Program-made: the position numbers and the translations under genes | Notes under the pieces: model-generated | What the model was told of the DNA's origin: nothing | What the model saw: the letters and a program-made list of their open reading frames with translations, nothing else | The model's database searches: none | Assembly: GCA_043820925.1 (NCBI GenBank) | Contig: JBDRDL010000052.1 | Coordinates: forward strand, 1 to 32,302 | Length of the DNA stretch: 32,302 nucleotides | Source of the DNA: Methanobacteriota archaeon | GTDB lineage: Archaea > Hydrothermarchaeota > Hydrothermarchaeia > Hydrothermarchaeales > JACRDW01 | Reading direction: 5' to 3' | In this document: positions 26,031 to 32,302 of the stretch, piece after piece | Numbering within the stretch: position 1 is the stretch's first letter | Layout of the letters: each line of letters opens with the position of its first letter

Positions 26031-26351
26031 ATGGATGAAGAAAAAGAAAATAGAAAACTAAAAGAATTAGTTAAAGGTTTTTTGGCGGCGTCCGGATTTG
26101 CCTTTGTTTTGCATGAGATTATGAAGAGATATTTATACTTGATAGGTCCAGTTGTCCCAACTGATCTTTCTCCTATAATATATATTGTACTTCTATTCTT
26201 ACTTTTATTCTTTATTCCTTTTTTAGCGTCGTTTTCAATCTCCTACAAATTTTATAAAAGCAAAATATGGGCATTTACCATCAGTGTCGTCGTAATCATA
26301 CTACTTTTGGCTTGGTTTGTATTGCAGGGCTTCCAAACAGCATTAAGGTGA
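26031..26351 (+). CDS. 3-TM membrane protein, array unit 2
   Basis: GGAGGTG SD before ATG 26031; three TMs; YKFYKSKIWA motif; 6 bp before the enzyme gene. Confidence 0.75.
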   Translation: MDEEKENRKLKELVKGFLAASGFAFVLHEIMKRYLYLIGPVVPTDLSPIIYIVLLFLLLFFIPFLASFSISYKFYKSKIWAFTISVVVIILLLAWFVLQGFQTALR

Positions 26352-26357
26352 GGAAAT

Positions 26358-29300
26358 ATGCAAAACGAGGTTAGAGGAGTTAAGAGCAAATGCCTTAAAC
26401 TATCAACGTTCATCCTTCTTTCGTTGCTATTCATCCCCGGAGTCTACGCATCTTCAGACAACTCTGTCGAAGTTAGCGTCAGTTCAGCCCATCAAGTAAA
26501 ACCGGATGGAGTATTAACACTGTGGATTACGGTTTCTAACTCTCTAACCGAGAACATCTCAGTCCATCTCAATTCTATTGAATTTGAAAATACTTTCAAG
26601 ATAAGAATAGGCGAAGCGCAATACGCTGCGTCTAAAGAAGTTATAACCATAGATGAAGAATTGAAACCTGTAGGCATAGCGAAGCGAGAAAGAGAGCAGT
26701 TGAAAAATAAATTCTATTCTCTAAGTAAGGAGAAAAACATAACAATAGAAGACATAAAGGATAACGCAGAGCGCGATAAACAGCTGAGAGAGATTATTGG
26801 TCAGGGTGTGGAGGTTAGGAGAATCGACATAACCGTGCCAAAGGATATTCCAGAAGGGCAAAGTTTTACAATTCCAATTAAAGTCACATTCTCCAAAGGC
26901 AATTCTTCAAGCTATGCAGCGCAATCGATCGAGCAGCAGGTTAACTTTACTGTTACTTCCAATCCAAGGCCAAAGAGAGCAATTATTGTCATAGTTGATG
27001 GTGCTAGAAAAGATAAGACCTATCAAGTTGCTAATAATAAGCCTGCGGGAAACATTACTTGGATGATAAACAACGGAGTAAAAGTTGAGAATCCTGTTGA
27101 TGCATTTCCCTCGATAACTGTAGTAAACCATCCGAGCATTTTAACTGGGGCATATCCAAGGACGCATGGGATTGTAGGAGCAGGCGTTTGGGATAAAGGA
27201 ACTAATGAGTACACTGATTATTATAGTAAAATTGAGAATTTTATCTTCGATGTAATCAATAACGATTTGCAAGTTCCTACAATTTATGAAGCCCTACCCG
27301 CTGAGAAAATCTCTAGAGTTTTTACAGAATTTGTGGAGAGAGGCTCGGATTCATCTGACACGTCGTGGAGCGCTTATGCAAATATTGAAGCGTGTAAGAT
27401 TTCGCCTTGGGCGAGGGATTATTTTTGCAAAGCGGCAGACACGGACGTAATGGATGACATTCTAGATAATAGAATAAGAGACAATAGAAATTTTGATTTA
27501 ATGGTTATATGGTTTCCAGGAAACGATGTTTTCAGTCATCTTGAAGGACCAGATGCAACAGACGTTACTCTCAACAACATTGATGATCAAATCGGCAGGC
27601 TTCGAGAATTTTTGGGTCAAGCAATAGTAGACGAAACTGTTTTTGTCTTAACCTCAGACCACGGTCAGACGCTGGTTAACCTAGGCAGAAATATACCTCC
27701 TGATCAGCTCGCTGATGTTTTAGAGGCTAAAGGCTACTACAGAAACGCTTTAGGTATCGACAGCCATCACGACTACTATATCGGTGGAAACGGTGGTGGC
27801 AGCGAGGAAATATACATTCAGAGTAATCTTACTCTAAATGATAGCTCTTCCTTGGATGGTACTTGGTCTGCCCAGCCAAGAGACATTGACGTTTTTCCAG
27901 CAGCAGAAGCCTTCAAGAATCAGCTTTACGTGGATATGGTTTTGGTTAAATATCAGGGTTCCAACGGATACAGAGTTTACACAGGTGGCAACACAACACA
28001 GAGTCTCTCTACTTATTTCTCTGGCAAAGAAAATCAATATCCAGACGCTATTGAAAGAATAAATAATTTGGACTCTTCTCTAAGTGGGGATATAGTTTTA
28101 CTTGCCAAATATTCTGGTGGTTATTACTTTTCAACAGATGCTAACATTGGTGAGCATGGAAACTTGAACTGGGAAGATTCCTACGTCCCTCTTATCGTCT
28201 CTGGTCCTGGAATAAAGAAAGGTTATACCTTACCTTCAGCCCACATAGTAGACATCGCCCCCACGATTGTCAATCTCTTACTTGGAATTGAGATGAGCGG
28301 CGTTGATGGCAGAGTTTTAGAGGAAATCAGGCTACCTCCACCAGATACCGCCCCACCCACCATAACCAACGTCTACCACTCTCCTTCCTCTCCAACTTCG
28401 ACTGACTCAATAAACATCTACGCAGACATAACCGACACTTCAGGCGTATCCTCAGCAACGCTCTTCTACTCGACAGACGGCTCTATTTGGCATCCAATCA
28501 CAATGACGAACGTCTACGGCAACACTTGGAAGACGAACGAGTCGATTCCAGCACAGCCAGCAGGCACTACACTGAGATACACCGTCTGTGCGAGCGATGC
28601 AAAAGGCAACTCTGGCTGCGAGTCAGGAGCTTACTGCAAGATTTCTGGCACCACGCAGTTAAGCAGTGGCGAGATAATAGCACAGGCGAATTGTGATATT
28701 GCAGTACATACTGTTACAATTGGCTACGCCGACACAGCCCCTCCCTCTATTTATAATACTTATGCTTCTCCTTCTTCGCCGTCAGCTTATCAATCAATTG
28801 AGATTTATTCTGAGATTAAGGACGACAGCAGCATTGCAAGTGCGTTGGTGTGGTACACCACGAACGGCATCGACTGGAATAAAATTGCAATGACGAATAT
28901 CGGTGGTAATACTTTCAAGACAGTTAGTCCGATTCCAGGGCAGCCAGCAGGTACTGAAATCGATTATACGGTCTGTGCCAAAGACGTTAATGGGAACGCT
29001 GCCTGCGAGGCTGGTGTTTACTGCGTTGTTTCGCAGTCTTTGAGGGAGGAGACGGTCAAGCTTTTGAACACTACCGTTGTCTCTGCCCAATCAGTATCAT
29101 TGACTAAAATAACGCTTGACGTTAGCTCCAGCGAGGTCGAGGCTCAATATTGCGATGCTGGCGTGCATAAAATAACGGTCGGCTGCACTGATACCTCGCC
29201 TCCCGGTACGCCCACGCTTTACGACCCGGGCGGAACGATTAACGAGGGAGAATATTCAATTTCATGGAGTAGCGTGAGCGATGTTGGGTGCTCGGGCTTG

Positions 29301-29699
29301 AAGTACTATCAATTGCAGGAGAGTACTTCTCCGAGTTTCAGCACTACGAATTATTACACTTCATTGACTTCTTATTATATCACAGGAAAGTCGAGCGGGA
29401 CGTATTATTACAGAGTGAAGGCAATTGATAATGCAAACAATGCCGGCGGATGGAGCAATACTGTCGACATGACTGTTGATATTCCTCCACCTCCGACGCC
29501 AGCTCCGCCTGCACCGTCCTGGGCTGCAATCGATTCTTTCGATGACGAAAGTGGCTATGCTTTTTCGAACGGCAACAGCTGGGGCGACTGGAAATACGAG
29601 GAGCTGCTGGACGACGGGATTGATAATTATGTGACGCAGTTGTCGAGTTTTGAGGGCAGGGTCAGAGTAGGCAACAAAATAAAAGGAGGTGTGGCATGA
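26358..29699 (+). CDS. Secreted NPP-type alkaline-phosphatase-superfamily enzyme with two Ig-like repeats and an FN3-like domain, unit 2
   Basis: 1113 aa; signal peptide; IVDGAR, FPSITVVNH, DVFSH, TSDHG and GEHG; Cys-containing repeats; YYYRVKAIDNANN; Pro-rich linker. Confidence 0.9.
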   Translation: MQNEVRGVKSKCLKLSTFILLSLLFIPGVYASSDNSVEVSVSSAHQVKPDGVLTLWITVSNSLTENISVHLNSIEFENTFKIRIGEAQYAASKEVITIDEELKPVGIAKREREQLKNKFYSLSKEKNITIEDIKDNAERDKQLREIIGQGVEVRRIDITVPKDIPEGQSFTIPIKVTFSKGNSSSYAAQSIEQQVNFTVTSNPRPKRAIIVIVDGARKDKTYQVANNKPAGNITWMINNGVKVENPVDAFPSITVVNHPSILTGAYPRTHGIVGAGVWDKGTNEYTDYYSKIENFIFDVINNDLQVPTIYEALPAEKISRVFTEFVERGSDSSDTSWSAYANIEACKISPWARDYFCKAADTDVMDDILDNRIRDNRNFDLMVIWFPGNDVFSHLEGPDATDVTLNNIDDQIGRLREFLGQAIVDETVFVLTSDHGQTLVNLGRNIPPDQLADVLEAKGYYRNALGIDSHHDYYIGGNGGGSEEIYIQSNLTLNDSSSLDGTWSAQPRDIDVFPAAEAFKNQLYVDMVLVKYQGSNGYRVYTGGNTTQSLSTYFSGKENQYPDAIERINNLDSSLSGDIVLLAKYSGGYYFSTDANIGEHGNLNWEDSYVPLIVSGPGIKKGYTLPSAHIVDIAPTIVNLLLGIEMSGVDGRVLEEIRLPPPDTAPPTITNVYHSPSSPTSTDSINIYADITDTSGVSSATLFYSTDGSIWHPITMTNVYGNTWKTNESIPAQPAGTTLRYTVCASDAKGNSGCESGAYCKISGTTQLSSGEIIAQANCDIAVHTVTIGYADTAPPSIYNTYASPSSPSAYQSIEIYSEIKDDSSIASALVWYTTNGIDWNKIAMTNIGGNTFKTVSPIPGQPAGTEIDYTVCAKDVNGNAACEAGVYCVVSQSLREETVKLLNTTVVSAQSVSLTKITLDVSSSEVEAQYCDAGVHKITVGCTDTSPPGTPTLYDPGGTINEGEYSISWSSVSDVGCSGLKYYQLQESTSPSFSTTNYYTSLTSYYITGKSSGTYYYRVKAIDNANNAGGWSNTVDMTVDIPPPPTPAPPAPSWAAIDSFDDESGYAFSNGNSWGDWKYEELLDDGIDNYVTQLSSFEGRVRVGNKIKGGVA

Positions 29700-29703
29700 A
29701 AAA

Positions 29704-29994
29704 TCAGGTCTTCACTTTTTCTTCGAGCCTCGCTACGGTTTCAGAGAGCTTCTCAAACTTCTCCTCTACCATCGAGAGCCTCTTCCACACATCAAGGCTT
29801 TCTTTTATGAATTTAACATCAGTCTTGACTTCAGTTACATCGTTTTCTATAACCTCTAATCTACTCTCCATCGCTTCCCTCAACTTCGCTATTTCTTCTT
29901 TTATATTTGCTATTTCTTTAGTATTCTCTTCGGTTCTCTTTGAAATTTCGATAAGCTCTTTCAGCGCTTTAACAACATCTGCTATGGTTACCAT
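29704..29994 (-). CDS. Small coiled-coil protein
   Basis: 96 aa of continuous heptads; GGAG SD and TTTATAAA upstream. Confidence 0.7.
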   Translation of the reverse strand: MVTIADVVKALKELIEISKRTEENTKEIANIKEEIAKLREAMESRLEVIENDVTEVKTDVKFIKESLDVWKRLSMVEEKFEKLSETVARLEEKVKT

Positions 29995-30070
29995 GCTGCT
30001 AACTCCTGTAACTTACTGGGTTTGTAACTTTATAAACATTTCTGAGATTTATTCGCACATTAGGACGCTT

Positions 30071-30160
30071 AACGATTATGTTCAGGGTTTATCGAGCTAC
30101 GATGGACGCAGCAACGTTGGCAGATTTTACCGGACTCAAACAAGGGGGCAGGTTGAATGA
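30071..30160 (+). pseudogene. Orphan 3' fragment homologous to the end of the unit 2 enzyme
   Basis: NDYVQGLSSYDGRSNVG versus DNYVTQLSSFEGRVRVG (29622-29672), 9/17 identical. Confidence 0.55.
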
Positions 30161-30224
30161 AAAAAAATAGTTTTGAAAATATGAAAAAATTTTTTGAAAA
30201 ATTGAAAAAAAGGTTTATATATAC
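30161..30224 (+). promoter_or_regulatory. A-tract/BRE/TATA promoter of unit 3
   Basis: AAAAAAATAGTTTTGAAAATATGAAAAAATTT...GAAAAAAAGGTTTATATATAC. Confidence 0.65.
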
Positions 30225-30261
30225 TTAGAGTTTAAGGTGAAAGAGTAAGGAGGTAGAGGAA

Positions 30262-30594
30262 ATGGAGGAAAGGAGAGAGGTAAACGTTGAAGGAAAGGAT
30301 GGAGCGAAGGAGAATTTGATATGTATAGCTTCTGCTCTGGCGATGGGGATACTTACTAATATTCTATGGCCTCCTATACTATCCATCATATTTAGACTGT
30401 TCATTAAATATCCAAGTGGAGATGAGATATTTCTATTCCTATTTTTCTTCCCTTTTGTGGTTACGATATTACTCGTCTACAAGTTAACTGGGAACGGGAA
30501 AAAAGCAGCGCTTTCAGCACTTCTTGCATGCTTTATAGCTTTTGTAGTTTTTATACTACGGGGACTGGGCGTGCTGATGCCAACATCCTTGTGA
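30262..30594 (+). CDS. 3-TM membrane protein, array unit 3
   Basis: GGAGGT SD; three TMs; YKLTGNGKKA motif. Confidence 0.78.
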   Translation: MEERREVNVEGKDGAKENLICIASALAMGILTNILWPPILSIIFRLFIKYPSGDEIFLFLFFFPFVVTILLVYKLTGNGKKAALSALLACFIAFVVFILRGLGVLMPTSL

Positions 30595-30610
30595 GGCGCG
30601 GGTGAGTGAA

Positions 30611-32302
30611 ATGTTATTTAGAACGCTCTTAAACAAACGAAATCTGCCTTTAATTTTTGTAGCAGTTTTGTTAATCCCGTCAATAGTTTTTGGTGCAACA
30701 TCAGATGATTCCATCAAAGTAAACATTGTTGCACCTTCTCAAATCAAGCCCGGGGATACTCTAAAGCTCTGGGTTTTTGTCTCTAACCTGAAGGAAGAAT
30801 TTACAATCCAATCCTCTCAGTCAGCTTTGCAGCAAGTCGATAGTTTGAGTTCAAGCACCTTGACAAAAATTACAATCAACAAAATAGAGTTTGAAAATCC
30901 CTTCCAGAGTAAGGCTCTTTCTCAGCAGGAAAAAGTTGTAAACAGAAAATTAACCGCTTCTGGAGATGCGCTGAAGCTACGAAAATTACTCAGAGAAGAA
31001 CTATACAATAAACTCAGTACCGAGAATGTAACTTTAGAACAACTAAAAGCGTACGCCGATAAAGAAGAGCAGCTGAACAAGCTCATTGCAAAGGGAAGGC
31101 ACAGCTCGCTGATAGAAATTCCAGTGCCAAAGGATTCTCCTGAAGGCACAACTGTGACGATCCCGATCAAAGTAAGTTATTCTTCTGAAGGTAGCTTAAG
31201 CGCTCAAAGCATAGATTCTTTCATTCAGGTTACCGTGACCTCTAATCCCGTGCCTAAAAAAGCAGTTATAATAATCGTGGATGGTGCTAAAAGAGACGCA
31301 ATGTACCAGTACGCCGATGGCAATTCCTCGAGCTATTTTTCAGAGCTGATGCGCAGTGGAGCGAAGTTCACTGAGACAGAAACAATATTCCCGTCTATCA
31401 CTCCGCCTGGGCACGCCGCTATTCTGACTGGAACTTACCCAAAGAACAGCGGAATAGCTGGTTTCAGATGGTTCAATAAAGCTACTCGAGAATACACCGA
31501 TTATGGTGACATCTGGTCGAAAATAACGTACAAAGTTGATGAGGACCTCCAAGCCCAAACGATTTTCGAAGCATTAGGACCAAAATATACACATTCTGTT
31601 TTTGAATTTATACGGAAAGGTGCTGATGAGAAGTGGTATCCAAGCGCAGGAATGTTAAGAGACTATGAGGCTGGAGATTTGAATATACCTCCTGGAAGTA
31701 TGTATTGGTATCAAAAGCTCGACAAAGACACGACAGATAGAGTAATCTACGAATTAATCCCGTATTATTCGAAAGACCTTATCGTACTCTGGCTCGCCGG
31801 CAACGACTTAATAGGTCACAAACTCGGACCAGACGCAACCTACGGCACAGGCAGCATGTCCAATGTCGACGCACAAATCGGCAGGCTGATGAATGGTGAA
31901 ACGCAAGTGGAATGCGACGAGTTTGACTGCTATACCGTAACCTACCCAGGTCTCTGGGACGGCGAAACCCTCTTCGTAATAACAGCAGACCACGGACAGA
32001 CGGAAGTTACCAAAGACGATGCACACGCAATTACCCAAAATGAAGTCGTTAATGATTTGTATCCGAAGGGCTATTATTGTTATGGAGTTCCTTACGTCTA
32101 TATAGAAGATGCAGACTGCGTAGTTGCACCAAATGGAGGCATGGCACAGATTTACATTCAGAACGGTCTAACATTTGGCGATGGAAGTGTATATGACGGA
32201 ACATGGACTCTGCCGCCTACTTGGAATGATATTTATCCAGCAGTAGATTACTTCTATCCTCAGCCTTATGTCGATACTGTGCTGGTAAAATATCAAGGTT
32301 CC
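30611..32302 (+). CDS. Secreted NPP-type alkaline-phosphatase-superfamily enzyme, unit 3 (partial, runs off the window; not in the ORF track)
   Basis: Hand translation from ATG 30611: MLFRTLLNKRN...APSQIKPGDTLKLW...IIVDGAKR...FPSITPPGH...GNDLIGH...TADHGQT...VLVKYQGS, open to the window end. Confidence 0.9.
   Translation, partial: MLFRTLLNKRNLPLIFVAVLLIPSIVFGATSDDSIKVNIVAPSQIKPGDTLKLWVFVSNLKEEFTIQSSQSALQQVDSLSSSTLTKITINKIEFENPFQSKALSQQEKVVNRKLTASGDALKLRKLLREELYNKLSTENVTLEQLKAYADKEEQLNKLIAKGRHSSLIEIPVPKDSPEGTTVTIPIKVSYSSEGSLSAQSIDSFIQVTVTSNPVPKKAVIIIVDGAKRDAMYQYADGNSSSYFSELMRSGAKFTETETIFPSITPPGHAAILTGTYPKNSGIAGFRWFNKATREYTDYGDIWSKITYKVDEDLQAQTIFEALGPKYTHSVFEFIRKGADEKWYPSAGMLRDYEAGDLNIPPGSMYWYQKLDKDTTDRVIYELIPYYSKDLIVLWLAGNDLIGHKLGPDATYGTGSMSNVDAQIGRLMNGETQVECDEFDCYTVTYPGLWDGETLFVITADHGQTEVTKDDAHAITQNEVVNDLYPKGYYCYGVPYVYIEDADCVVAPNGGMAQIYIQNGLTFGDGSVYDGTWTLPPTWNDIYPAVDYFYPQPYVDTVLVKYQGS

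Noticed and set aside
24590..28945. Similar C-terminal regions of units 1 and 2 as a DGR template/variable repeat pair
   Set aside because: Differences are mostly synonymous and involve all bases rather than only adenines; no reverse transcriptase.
29696..30160. 154-aa plus-strand ORF as a real gene
   Set aside because: Mostly the antisense shadow of the coiled-coil gene 29704-29994; only the last ~30 codons show homology.

Overview
This is an archaeal, euryarchaeal-type chromosomal window. It shows class I lysS, pelota, Rqc2/NFACT, TATA promoters and GGAGGTG-type Shine-Dalgarno sites. Housekeeping blocks are EMC6-like, rqcH, ERCC4 nuclease and pelota (1-4.5 kb), and a cstA/small protein/two ArsA-Get3 ATPase module, glyoxylate/serine enzymes, panE, a radical SAM gene, lysS, cutA, an S2P protease and a polyprenol kinase (8.3-20.8 kb). 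Two accessory islands interrupt them. Island 1 (about 4.5-8.3 kb) is an array of 0.5-1 kb gene cassettes: two toxin-antitoxin pairs, an HhH-glycosylase-like gene and an acylphosphatase-coiled-coil gene. The cassettes are separated by a co-oriented ~35-bp repeat (TTGCACACGGCGAATC-variable-TAGGAATGCAAC) that is neither a CRISPR repeat nor a canonical attC, and no recombinase is in the window. Island 2 (about 20.9 kb to the end) is a tandem array of at least three units. Each unit has an A-tract promoter, a divergent 3-TM membrane protein and a large secreted NPP-type alkaline-phosphatase-superfamily enzyme, with Ig/FN3-like C-terminal repeats where visible. Each unit is preceded by a small opposite-strand gene or remnant. 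These two arrays and the asymmetric ArsA/Get3 pair with CstA are the best candidates for undescribed systems. No tRNA, rRNA, CRISPR array, transposase or integrase was recognised. All family calls are from motif recognition by eye, not database searches.
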